NCBI GenBank assembly: GCA_002256025.1
Contig: NKIB01013733.1
Span: 1 to 52,586, forward strand
Origin: Asterionella formosa
Taxonomy: Eukaryota
Direction of reading: 5' to 3'
Length of the DNA stretch: 52,586 nt
A program made the translations under genes and the position numbers. Within the stretch, counting starts at the first letter, position 1, and the number at the start of each line of letters is the position of its first letter. This document shows positions 1 through 11,966 of the stretch, piece after piece. The notes under the pieces were generated by a model. The model was given only the letters and a program-made list of their open reading frames with translations. It was not told where the DNA came from and made no database searches.

Positions 1-339
1 ACAGTTCATTCCGGACCTCATTGTCCCTGCCTGTTGTCAACAACAATGCGTGAGCTGACAAGCCATACTAGCGTTTAGGTACACAACAAGAACACACTCA
101 CCGTTCAACTGTATTGCAGAGTTCTTTTATTTGAGTCGAGGATTCAATTGACATTGCAGCAACCTATGCAGTTACAGAAACAATGAGAAGGAATGATTTG
201 TTAGCTAGTAGTCATGTTACATTGAAACAACGACACGCAATTCCATCGAATCCTCTTGCTTCACTTACCACAAATCAATGCAACTGATGCATAAGTCTGT
301 AATAGTAACTTGTCAGTCTCCTACATTGTACATAAAAGT

Positions 340-760
340 GATTTTGGAATTTTCGTGAATGCCATGTATGAGTGCTCCATTGGAAACTAACAGCAGATAG
401 ACTGCAAATACATAGATATTCACCAAGGAGGAGGCGGTCGGTCAACGTTGAGCGTTGTATAAGAAGTAAATGTTAATCACTTCCAACCTGGCTGAGGGCC
501 TTTTCATGACTTGCATGGATTCTTCCCTTCCCAAGTTGACAACAATTCTCTAAAATAATGCATAATATTCCTTAAGGCAAGACAGGCCTAAGTTGGTCTC
601 TTGTCTGCAAGTATACATGCATTCAAGGCCTGGCACCACTTGTGTAGTCAAACTATCAGTGCCATCCCAGACGAGTACAAACAACCTAGCTATCATCACG
701 CCGTTCGCTTACCTACTGCCCACAAGTGGAGCATAAATGTTATTTTTAGGTTGCTATTGC
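340..760 (+). pseudogene. Highly degraded non-LTR retrotransposon (LINE) ORF2 fragment, post-RT region
   Basis: Frameshifted peptides (IFTKEEAV..NVERCIRSK..TSNLAEG; LSWSL..SIHAFKAWHHL) resemble the N-x-xR..LSDI..DG and WP..P..W..W motifs I recall from diatom LINE ORF2s. Many stops. Confidence 0.25.
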
Positions 761-1589
761 CCATAATACAAAATACATATTTTATATTTCCTATATTCTC
801 CTCAAATATTGCCAAAGGTCCAAAATTGCCCATCATTAAAATTCATTAAGTATATTTCATATTTTAGCACTTTGGCATGACAATTTTATGCCGATTTCCC
901 CTCAGTTTTCCAGCCCTGGGATTGCTGAAATCAGCAAGGGGTCTACTTATAGCACCCAGAAACAATTATATATAATCTACAGATTTGATTAAATTTTATC
1001 TTTTATTAATCTTGTTTTTGTTTGTTGGCTGAAAAGTGACTCTGTAAATTCACATTTCACCATGCCAATCATCGCCCGTCATGCCCAGTCTGTAGCAAAA
1101 TGAGTTCGTTGATGACACCAGTAACAACTTCTTGTCTAACAGATGCGGTTGGCTGTTGGATTGCTTGTCTTCTCGTGGGTTTCATATACTTGCATTGTAT
1201 CTATTTCTTTGGAGAAACAATGATATGGGTGTCCCTAGTATTTCTTTGGACGAATAATGATAAGGGTATATTTGATGTTGGCAGCAAGTTTTCTTTGCTC
1301 TGGTCATTTATGTGATGCTGAACGGATATTCTTGTCATCTAGCGTACATACCTACATGGCACTCAAAACAACCATGAATGGTTTAAGCTAAGCTTTAATG
1401 CTTACTTTGAACATGTTAAAATATCTATGCTGTAGACTTCATATTATCTTCACTAGACCACACAGCGATCTTACTAACACTGGTAAGCACCTTCTCTCAC
1501 CATGGAGGATGATGTATATTTACAGCTGCACCATCGACTGACTTGACTCAGGTTTAAGTGCTGCTGCCGCTACAACTTATACCAACACG

Positions 1590-2315
1590 CAACAAGCAGA
1601 TACAACAACCACAGGAATTAACAAAAAACTAATGGAGAATGACCAAAATGACCGAAATGCAACCAACAGCATCATAAAATTGAGTCAGGCTTTTGACGAT
1701 ATCAAAGCATCCAAATCTGATCCAAACAGACCATTTTCGTCTCACCATACTTACACAGCATTATACAACATGCTACAAGCAGATGAAAGCGCAACAGAAA
1801 ATGACAAGAAACTCATGGATTCAGACCAAAATGACCGAAATCTAACCAACAGCATCATTAAATTGAGTAATGCTTTTGACGATGTCTAAGCATCCAAACA
1901 GACCGTTTCCGTTGCAGCGTATTACACAGTATACATCATACTATAAGCAGATGAAAAAACCACAAAAATTAACAAGAAATTCATGAGTAAGACTTTTGAC
2001 GATTTCCATGCATCCAAATCCGATCCAGATAGACATTTACCATCCAACTGTACCTACAGAGCAGTAAATACTGACCAACAAACAGATGAAAGAGTTGAAA
2101 AGAGACTCATGGAGATGGACAAGAATGACCTACATTCAACCAGCCAACAGCATCATTTAATTGATTAAAGCTTTTGACGATGTCCACGCATCCAATTCAG
2201 ATCTGAACAGATCGATTCTGTCCCACTAGTAGAGCTCCACAGGAAAAACTGACCAAACAAAGATGAAAGAGCCACAAGAATTGACAAGAAACTCGTGGTG
2301 ACAGACCAATCAAAA
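1590..2315 (+). repeat. Degenerate tandem repeat, ~183-bp unit (~61 aa), about 4 copies, probably formerly coding
   Basis: GACCAAAATGACCGAAAT..CAACAGCATCAT..CTTTTGACGAT..GCATCCAA..CAGATGAAA..ACAAGAAACTC recurs. Units start at 1632 and 1815 (183 bp apart); later copies have deletions and stops. Confidence 0.85.
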
Positions 2316-3873
2316 CAAAAGAAACGAACAGAGAAAAAGCACCAAGGAGTGGAGGCAGAAAGAAAATCCTTTACCCAATCAACATTGACAATCCAACTCT
2401 CCAGCTGACATGAACAGTGCAGTCTATGAGAACTGATCAAAGAACACATTTTTTAGCCCTAATTCTGTACAAGGAAGTGACTACATACTAAAATTCCACC
2501 ATCCCACTGGCCAAGGAGCGTAATGACAACAAACCTAGAAACAGACTAGTAAGAATGCACTATACAAATGATTCACATATATCTTTCAAAGATCAAAATG
2601 TTGAATTATTTGCTTCACATATTCATTGATTTTTTTATGCCCGATTTTGTCCTCACAATTACAATTCCCACTCTATCCTGCCTGTCGTTGGTGCTCAAAT
2701 TGGGCTTGCCACATGGACCTTTCAGCTTTTGATAGATCCCATCGTCTGCCGCTTGTTGTTGTACTAGTTAGAGTGGATTGGTGATTTTGTCCAACAGTGA
2801 AACACTAAAAATGTTTGTCATTCTGCACTGTTGTTTTGGTTCATATGTATTTGTCTACACAAATTCCAATTTATGTATCTTTCTACTCTTTGATGATTGT
2901 TGTTAATTTTCTTTGTTGAGTTGTTGACCATGATGTCAATATTCCTGCTACGCGATGCTTTTCTTGCATTAGCGCGCTTTACTACCTTTCTACTAGGAGT
3001 TTAACACATTATTATTCAGCTAGAGGGAGTTAATACTAGTGCTGGAGCAGCCTGGCAATTACGCTCACTCAGCCAGAATGGAATGGAATAGAATGATCAG
3101 GGTTGCTTGGTTGGATGAACAACTGTGGGCAAAAGCACTCCTGCTATTTTTGTCAGGCTCTCACAGCTATGTGCATAGTTGCAGCAACCAGATCATTGAT
3201 GCTACATGACAATGCAGATCTCAATTGGGTTCAGCTTTTTTCTTCTTTTCTTTATTATTGTGGTCTTTGATTGTGTGATGGAAAGTCAATGTTGCCTGCT
3301 GTGTAAGTACTACAATGCACATGTATCCAATGAAACTCCTATCTTTGCTTCATTTCTAGCCCCAAAAAATGAGAAAAATTATATTTCTCATGTGATGGTA
3401 CTTATTACATTGCATGTCATAGTTTGGTTGCTCCAAACATCATGTTCAATTTTCATTGATATTGCATGTTACAATCATTCTCTTGTGTTTGATGCTTGTT
3501 TTACCATTTCTATGTGGTAGTATGTATTTACCCATTAAAAACTGTAAGCCAACGTTATTTTACTCCATTGTCTGATTGAAAATATTTAAGTAATTTATCA
3601 ATCGAAGCCTGATGCAAGGAGGAAGTGTATATTAGACGATGCATGTTAATCAACAAATAAGTAATCAATTTTGATTCAGTATAGAGCCATGGAGATCTAA
3701 TTTTTCGCCAAGTCATAAAGATTGTTGCATAGCGGTGGCTTACAGCGCATATTTTTCCATCTATACATGAGTATATTTTCCCCTCATAAAGTTTGGAAGT
3801 AAGTTGAATGACAATTTGTAGACCATCAAGTACAGAGGCAGAACAATGAAACAAGAACAAGCGACAATCAGGT

Positions 3874-3910
3874 GTATGTATGTATGTATGTATGTATGTA
3901 TGTATGTATG
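3874..3910 (+). repeat. (TATG)n microsatellite, ~9 units
   Basis: gtatgtatgtatg... run seen directly. Confidence 0.95.
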
Positions 3911-4609
3911 GGTATCAGCAGCCCTTGCAAATGTTCCAAGAAGCAACTTACTGCACAGCTGGCAGTCCATGTTGTACATATCACAAACTATGTGCAGTAC
4001 ATACGCTTAGTATCACAGCTTGACATGCATTATTTACGCGAAACTTGGACCTTCGGGATCGGCACTCCCAATTGTGCACCAACATTTGAAGCCCGCAGGG
4101 CATCACGCCATCCTCTCTTCACTTGGCTTGCAAGACTTGACACAGTGCGCATAGTTTTTTGTCCAATCTACCGGTATTCAAACTACAATCGAGCAGGCCC
4201 CTTCAAGTTGCACTTAAATAACCGTGGAGTTGATTTAATGTGTGACTGCATGATGTTAATCTTACGAGTTTGTCTGCGATTTGTTGAATCATTTGGTGGC
4301 GATGGAATCGTCACGCCATTTGTTCGCTTCCCTCCCAACGTCGGCGATTGGCTATTGTTGTCTTATGGTAAGTATTTAACTGATCAAATACATGGTAGGG
4401 TGTTCGAAATTGTTGTAGGCTGTTTGAACAGCAGCAACAAGGAGGTGGCAGTGAAGGATGTTGCAACTGGCGAAGTTGAAGTGATGACACGAGATGCGTC
4501 ATTATTGATTGCAACTACTGTTGCTTAACTGGGAAATCTTCATCATATTTGCATGCAAGTGCTACAATAGAATAGGCTATATAGTATAAGTCACTATGAT
4601 AGATTGATT

Positions 4610-6290
4610 CTACTGTAGATTAAAGAATTCGTCTGCTTCCCCAGTCTTCCACATCATTGTCCTTGCAAGATGCTTCCACAAAGGGTCAACATGGCCCTTT
4701 TTCAACAATTTGGCACCTCCCACATTCCCTCTATGGTGTGTATTATTGATGTACACTCGTTTGAGCTTTTGATTCATTGCTTCCCAGCCCTGATTTGAGT
4801 ATTTGAATAGATTCAGGAAGATTATTAGGTAGAAGATTACATGCCCGGCCCCAATCATGTGCACATAGTTGGTCACATTTCGAGTTCCTGTCAACGTGAC
4901 CCATTTACCCATGAAGTCACCACATAAACTGTGAAATTCCTCAATGTCTTCATCCGAAAAATCGTTCTCTTGCCTAGCAAAATGAATTAATTCCCGATAT
5001 TTGGTTGTCATGTGTTCCCATTGAAGCAATTACCCTGCATTTGTGTCACGTGTTGTTCTCAGTTCATTCTCGTCTAATTCTTGGCCAAAAACACAACAAA
5101 TAACCGTATCCAGTCCGTCAATATATGTTCTTGCCCTTGTGTTAGCTACATTTTCTCTTTCCACCGATTTTTTATCTTGGGAAAGTGGGAAACGCCATTG
5201 AGCAGGGTTGGTGAGCTTTCCGAGCACTTCACCCATCATAACTTTCGTGATACCTAGTGTAAATGAAGTCCGTTTCACACTGTCGGCATCGCCATAGCGA
5301 CGCATACCGTGCTGGAGGAGTACATGAAAAAATTTCTCATTTACTCGGTTCTCACAGTGAAGCAAGTATGGCATTGCTTGCTCGAATGTAATCAACGCCA
5401 GCTCAGCCACAGCTTCGTTTCTACTTAAAGCGCTCCTTATCCCTGCCACCTTCTGTTCGATTTCTATTTCGTCTTGTAGTGATCCTCGTCGTTCCTCCAG
5501 GGTCATCATTCCATATATCAGTACTCTGTTGGGGTGTCTTATTTATAATTCAGTCATGAGGAATTGGTTATACTCACCAATGATCTCATCCCCTTTACCG
5601 ACACATGAAATCAATATGTTTAATATTTTCTGCCTTTGCAACTTGATTGGTATCGACTAGCACAGTTGATTGCTCTGCGATTTTGTTTATTTGTCTACAG
5701 TGGTCTAGGTTAGTAGTCACAGTTGACATCAACTCTGCACGCATGCTGGCCAATGTGGCAGTATCACATACAGCCTGATCATAGCACAGATCAAGCTGTA
5801 GTAAGTCTACACAACGAGCACACCTGTAGGCATGCTGGGCTGGGGTTCCTCTTAAATCTCTATGCACCATGCAGCAGCGTCAAAAGTATGTGCTGTTACT
5901 AGATGAACCACCTAGACACAGGGATTTCCACTGTCTGCTGGACATATCTTCTTGTGGACTCCTCATAATCTGGAAAGGACACAACGCCAGTCACAGCTCA
6001 TTTGCAGGTTAAGCCTTCCTCATTCAGCTTCTTCATAGCTAAATATGAAAAAGTCTTCATAACTACATGGTATGCCTGTTTACTGTCTTGCGCGAATAGA
6101 ATCTTCATGGGGAAACATAAATCCCTTGATTGGTATTTGTTTCGGAGAAATAGCGGTTCAATAGTTTGCGGATCTCCTGCTCGTGCATCCACAAGCTTGA
6201 CCCCTGCCAGTAGGTGGCTCAAATACTTTGTCAATGCTGCACCATCTAATGTGAATGACACTAACACTTTTGCGCTGTTATTTCCCCACA
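4610..6290 (-). pseudogene. RAG1/Transib-type DDE transposase pseudogene, split over several frames
   Basis: Motifs in RAG1 order: VSFTLDG (first D); QSRDLCFPMKILFAQDS (cf. RAG1 NSELCCKPLCLMLADES); PQEDMSS..GGSSSNSTYF*RCC (second D plus Zn Cys pair, one Cys now TGA, ~5870-5960); LLHCENRVNEKFF (cf. ALHCDIGNAAEF); VTNYVHMIGAGH (cf. ITNYFHKTLAH); SNQGWEAMNQKLKR (cf. SEGNESGNKLFRR, catalytic E). Confidence 0.7.
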
Positions 6291-6821
6291 GGCAATGGTT
6301 TCCTTGGTTTTTTGATGCAGGAGTTGGAGGATGACTATGTATAATACTCAACAACAAACCAGAAGGTGCAGTTGCTAGATTTTCGGCTGAATAGGAAATA
6401 TAGATAGTGATAGGCCTTGTTGGATCCCCATCATCAGCATCCAAATTGCGTGCACGGCAACGAAATCTCCTTCCACATTCATCTTGGCTTTTTTGCTATC
6501 TGGTTTAGAAGCTAAATAAAGTTTAAAATTATCGCATTCAGCACAAGAGTAGATGCCGTGCTGGAGCTTCGCATATGCCTCTGGTATGATAGTAGAACAG
6601 TAGCATTTCCCCAATTCTTCTCTGAAATGGTTTGCCGTTTGCATCTGACATGGTGGATTGTTGTTGCTTCATTGACAGTGATGATGATAACAAATTTTCA
6701 CCATTTCTATTTAAGATGAAAAATATTTCATCACGGTTTTTTGTTAATTTACATGGGATTTTACTATTGCCTATTTTTTAAATTGTGACATATGCAATTC
6801 GATTGCTCAGAACAACCGATT

Positions 6822-6940
6822 TAAGAACTTTCTCAATCTAACGACTTGCTGGTCAGTGTTTTCTGTGTGTCATTTTTGATATTGGATTAGGGCACCCTGA
6901 AAGTGCTTACCAGCAAGTCGTTGGTTTCAAAAAGATCTTA
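6822..6940. repeat. Imperfect inverted repeat (foldback), ~42-bp arms
   Basis: Perfect core AACGACTTGCTGGT (6840-6853) / ACCAGCAAGTCGTT (6909-6922). Pairing extends with mismatches to TAAG (6822) / CTTA (6940). Confidence 0.8.
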
Positions 6941-7402
6941 GTCCGCTGCACCAAAAACGATACAAGGTACCCCTAATTTCTCGGAGCAGTCAAGTCAGAA
7001 GGAGAGATAGAGGATTAGTATACTAGTATTCAGTCTGAATGTCAAATCTTGAAGTTAGTCGCGGCATCCGAATTCTATTTGTACATGTCAAGTGGTCCAT
7101 GTGCTTACCGGTATATACCGGTAGTACCAGGTCCCTAAAAATACCAGATACACCCTCGTCGTACTTTCAACAAGATGGAATACCGGTAGCATAAGATAGG
7201 GTTCCGGTTGCGAAACAATCGTCGTCAAATTTTGCTTTTTCAATTCTTTCCTTCCTTATGATTGTGACGCTTGGTTATATTCAGATCCAACATAGGTCCT
7301 GTTATAAATCTAATCATCGATTTACGATTAACTTTTGTTCCGCGGAAGCAGAATTCCTTGAGGCGAGTCTAAAGCAACGACGGACAAAACACACATAACA
7401 GC

Positions 7403-8287
7403 ATGACAACCCACATCGACACGTTTTCGACGCGAGAACACAAAGCAGGCTCCATTGCCCTTCACTGTATCACCGAATCGATCATTGCTCCATTTCGGTT
7501 GATTTGGTACGAAACAAGTGCTATGATACACCACATTGTTCCAAGCGTCAAGACGCCGGAAGTGAAAGAGCTGGAACAAAAATACTCACGAGTCAACATG
7601 CTCCGAGCCAGCAACGAAGAGCGTGCATCTCGTGATCTAACAAAGATGCGAGAATCGATCAGCAGTCAGGTGGAGCCAGAGAGAAATTCTCCACAATACC
7701 AACGACAACAGAATCAGCAAGGCAAAATGGAAGTAGTGGACGAGGAGCCAGACGCACACAATTTCTTTCAACGAATTGTGTTTCAAATCTTTCATCCCCC
7801 AGACAAGGAAACTGGTGGAGTAGATGTCGTTTCTACCACCAATGGTGGATACGTCGATCGTTCTGGTAATATTGCTACTATTCCCACAATGATGGCCACA
7901 GCTCAACCATCCCATCACGAATCGGTATGGTGGACGATGTTTCATTCAATTTATTTGCAAGTAGGTCATTTTGCTATGGATGGCAACTTTCATTGGTTAA
8001 ACGCTCTCGGATCATTAATTTGGATGTGTTTACCAACCACCATTGTCTATCGTATGTTCGAAAGTGTGAACAATTACTTTGCCAAGCTGTACGCTGCAAT
8101 GTGCGAAACTTTTCAATTTAAAGGATTACCCTTTGCAACTTGGGCAAAACAAGATCTGGATCGAGTTCAAGCAGGACAAGGGAGTTACAAATACGCATTT
8201 GCTATGGGTGTTGCAAAATATGCATATGACGCGAATGAAAACATAGCAAGAAAACGGAGACAAAAGTTGGTCAGGCATCGGGATTGA
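7403..8287 (+). CDS. Hypothetical protein, 294 aa, with a mildly hydrophobic C-terminal part
   Basis: Long uninterrupted ATG-initiated ORF with an in-frame upstream stop at 7370 and protein-like composition. No recognisable domain. Confidence 0.7.
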   Translation: MTTHIDTFSTREHKAGSIALHCITESIIAPFRLIWYETSAMIHHIVPSVKTPEVKELEQKYSRVNMLRASNEERASRDLTKMRESISSQVEPERNSPQYQRQQNQQGKMEVVDEEPDAHNFFQRIVFQIFHPPDKETGGVDVVSTTNGGYVDRSGNIATIPTMMATAQPSHHESVWWTMFHSIYLQVGHFAMDGNFHWLNALGSLIWMCLPTTIVYRMFESVNNYFAKLYAAMCETFQFKGLPFATWAKQDLDRVQAGQGSYKYAFAMGVAKYAYDANENIARKRRQKLVRHRD

Positions 8288-9077
8288 TGGATATATGCTG
8301 GAGAGAATGGATTACTATAGTTGAGAATGAATCTACCCAATTGTTTTTCAATGTGGTATAGATGATGTATTATGCGAATATATAATTAAAAACTTTTACA
8401 CCTTAAAATTACTTGTAATTAGCAACAATATGTTGATTTCTTATTATGGGGCGGGAAATAAATTAGCACATGAGAGTTTCCTTCAATATTGATAATGTCT
8501 CATCTTTAGCTGGCTTGACTTCAAGTGATTTTTGTCTATGTACTACCAGCATGACCGACTTTCATCCTAGTTGGACTTTGCACTTCATTGTGTCCCTATG
8601 ATAGGATGGGGAATCGATACTTCAAGGCCTCACCAAATTCGACTCCATCTTGGTTTCGTTCGGTGTCCACGTGTGGGAAGTTGCAAGTGCCAGTAGATTG
8701 TTTCACAATTTCGTAAATTACAAAATATTCGTACGTGTGCAAATACTGTATAGAAATGTTCATGACTCTGGTTAACAAAGAAAATTCATGAGCAGCGTTT
8801 CAAGTACCACAGGTATGGCCGTGGCGTTGCTTCAAATCACATCAACATCTGTTGCGTTATGACGAAACAATTTTACATGAAATGTATCATACATCAACGT
8901 AGCTCGGTCACTTATGATTTGAAAATGAGCTACGGATGAATTTTAAAGCTCAATATGAATTCCCTCGTCAAATGAGCAGTGGAGCTTAATACTAGTATTG
9001 TAGTTGTTTACTTGCTGTAACTATGCTTCAACATCTTCACTCACACCATTGCATAAACTATAGAGAACATACAATAT

Positions 9078-10484
9078 TCAAGTCACATCAGAATAATACT
9101 TCATCTTCCCTGTCTTTCGCTCCTCGAGTTGCTTCGTGGTGAACAAATCCATTTCTTTCTTATACCGATTCATGTCTGCTGTGGCAAGCTTCTTGCAATA
9201 ATCCATGCTGTCCTTGTCTAATTCCTTCCAACGTTTACCAATTTCCCTGGCCAGACTTTCAAACCCAATCTTTCCATGTGGGTTCTTCTTTCGTTCGTTT
9301 CTCAACGCTGAAGCAGTACCTAACCAGGCGACATCAACCTCCTCTGCATCCTTGACAGTGTCGCTTTCCGGTTCGTCATCATCGTCTTGCTTCGAAAACG
9401 ACTTGTGTTTGTTGCCGACCGGTATCTTGGATAAATGAATGCCATGAAGGATGCGTTCGCGCTCTTCCTTGAAAAAGATATTGTAGGCACTCAGTGGACG
9501 TTTTGGCCTATCTTTGGGTTTCTTTTTCAACATTGCTTTCATCTTCAACGATGCTTCCCTTATTATGGCCGTATTATCTGGAGGTTGTTCCTTCTTGCTT
9601 GTCAACACTTGCTGGTTGACATAGTCCTCAACTCGAGGGGAGCTCGGAACAGGTATGGTCGATGAGTTGGAGGGTTGCCATAGAGCAGACCTTGGTGCTT
9701 GCACAGACGATTGTGGATACATGGACAGGAGCTGCTGAAGAAACGATTGCTGTTGTAAATGTTGCTCTTGTTGTTGCTGTTGCTGTTGCTGTTGCTGCAG
9801 TTGCAACTGTTGCTGTTTAAGTTGGTGTTCAGCTGTCGAATTATCAGCTGCTTCCATCATCGAGGCGTAAGTAGACGCGACAGAATGAAATCCTTGTCCC
9901 ATGAGGAGATTTTGCTGCTGCTGCTGCTGCTGCTTATGTTGATGTAAGATCGCGGCATTGTATGAGGACGTACTGAACGGCTCTGTGGGTGCAGCCAAGA
10001 AGCCAGATGCTGAACCCGCACCCAAACCGCTTTCAGCGCCGCTTTGTCGGCCTGACAAGATCAAATCCATCATGGCTTGATTACGTTGAATCATAAAGGA
10101 AACCGATTCTTGATACCCACCTCCTGATTGATGCATGTAGGAATTCCCAAAGTTCATAGCCGCATCAATAGGAGGAGCGCGAGGGTTGTACATGCCGGCA
10201 GATGCCAATGAGAGTTGATGGTGAAGCAAAGATGATGCTTGTCCGTGCGGGTCCCCCCATGACGGATCATCCTGTTGTCCGTGTTGACGCGCGTGTGCTT
10301 GCAAAGTTCCTGCTATCGAAGGGTGTTGCATTTGCGTGTTGTTGTGGTTGTATTGCGGAGACAGGAGCGCTTGGAATGCATGGGCAGCTGATTCATCGCT
10401 ATGTTGTTGAAGTGCGATGGCGTTCGCGTCACTTACGTACTCGTCCATCCCTCTTTTTGTGGCTTTCTTCTTGTCAGAGTTCAT
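9078..10484 (-). CDS. HMG-box DNA-binding protein with Q-rich N-terminal region
   Basis: KPKDRPKRPLSAYNIFFKEERERIL ... HGKIGFESLAREIGKRWKEL..Y..LA..D..RYKKEM, an HMG box split by a ~55-aa insertion. Two polyQ tracts. Confidence 0.93.
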   Translation of the reverse strand: MNSDKKKATKRGMDEYVSDANAIALQQHSDESAAHAFQALLSPQYNHNNTQMQHPSIAGTLQAHARQHGQQDDPSWGDPHGQASSLLHHQLSLASAGMYNPRAPPIDAAMNFGNSYMHQSGGGYQESVSFMIQRNQAMMDLILSGRQSGAESGLGAGSASGFLAAPTEPFSTSSYNAAILHQHKQQQQQQQNLLMGQGFHSVASTYASMMEAADNSTAEHQLKQQQLQLQQQQQQQQQQEQHLQQQSFLQQLLSMYPQSSVQAPRSALWQPSNSSTIPVPSSPRVEDYVNQQVLTSKKEQPPDNTAIIREASLKMKAMLKKKPKDRPKRPLSAYNIFFKEERERILHGIHLSKIPVGNKHKSFSKQDDDDEPESDTVKDAEEVDVAWLGTASALRNERKKNPHGKIGFESLAREIGKRWKELDKDSMDYCKKLATADMNRYKKEMDLFTTKQLEERKTGKMKYYSDVT

Positions 10485-11850
10485 AATATTGTTGTATGCA
10501 ATTTGTTTCAGTTTACTACGAGTGCAAGGGACGATGTGGACGTAGCAATTTTCATCTGCCTCGTTGCTAGGTTGCCTTTCACCCTATACAGACTATAGAC
10601 CAATTTGTTGACGAAACTGTGACTTGAACGTGGGCGTCAAGTTGAATGAACAAATTCGACTAACAGCTGCGAGGTGAACAGTTCAGCCTTCAAGTATTCT
10701 ATTGCAGCAATTATTCAGTTCACTGTTGTAATTTATTTTGTGGGACAACGACGTTTCTTAATATTTTTAATAGCTTATCAGGGGGCATCGTTTGAAACTC
10801 TCTAGAACAGATGCGGGTTGGTGTGGACCGGTACATGAACAAGGTGCAGTAAAATACCGGGAATTTCTGTGGAAGTAGACCACGGGAAGTGTGCTAGTAC
10901 CCGAGACCCTGGTACCATGTACAGGTATTCATGGGTATATAGCAGTTGTGATTGTTGCACAAAGCGACAAGATCTTATTCGTAATTCAAGTAATATGCCC
11001 TTTGGAGGAAATGACCGTTGTTAGTTGCATCGTTGGGTTCTTTCGATGACGAGAATATGTCGTACTACGACAACTTTCAAAAACAGCATAAATTGTCCAA
11101 AAGAGTCCCACCTAAACAAAACAATTCACATACGACACAACATCTTGACTTGTGATACATTTATCTGTGACTCATCAGATATAATATTACCATAAGTAAA
11201 CCAGATGCTCGTTTTTGAGGAAAAACCAATCGCAGAAAACATATGTGCTCGTAGCGTGAAATAGGAACCTTAGCGAACATGTTACATGGATAAAAGTCGA
11301 ATAGAAAAGGAACAACATGTTCGATTATTTCCTGAGCAGCCTCCAAAAATTGTAATGTAGCCAATCAAAATCGACCACCACAATGACTATTAAGAATATT
11401 ACCACCATCATCTTCCAATGCATTCCCAGATAATCGGTAGAAACACTTGTTTACATAAATATTTTTTGCATAGTACGCACGCACATAAGAAGGTTGGGAT
11501 CATAGTCAGAGTACGACAGCAGTTGCATAGGATACTCCTTACCCCCAGTAGCCTCGGGAATTTACTCGTAATTATTTTGGTTGGTCATGCCATTCTTTTA
11601 TGTGTAGATAATAAATACTGTATTCCCTCTTTGGTTCCGGTATAGTTGCAACCTATACCTTTAGGTCACTGCCTCACATGAAGTGCAACCTCAAATAATT
11701 ATCCGTCTAGTGGCCGCTCCTATTTAAAAGAAATTCCGAACAAAATGGTGTATATTATATATGCTCTATGTAGTCTAGTATAAGGTGAACCTGACTTTGG
11801 GGGTTTTTGGCGTGTTCTTCGTAAAATCGCGCCCCGATCGGAATTGCTCT

Positions 11851-11966
11851 GGGGGGGGGGGGGGGGGGGGGGGCGGGGGNNNNNNNNNCCCCCCCCACCC
11901 CCCCCCCCCCCCCCCCCCCCCACCCCCCCCCCCCCCCCCCCCCACACCCCCCGCCCCCCCCCCCCC
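11851..11966. other. polyG / N gap / polyC junction, probable assembly artefact
   Basis: G run 11851-11879, 9 Ns at 11880-11888, C-rich run to ~11966. Confidence 0.85.

Noticed and set aside
4141..4147. RSS heptamer CACAGTG near the RAG1-like gene
   Set aside because: No nonamer at 12 or 23 bp and no inverted partner on the other side; a 7-mer is expected by chance in 52 kb.
3872..4528. 218-aa ORF as a convergent RAG2-like partner
   Set aside because: It starts within a microsatellite at a non-ATG codon and has no kelch or PHD motifs; probably a shadow ORF.
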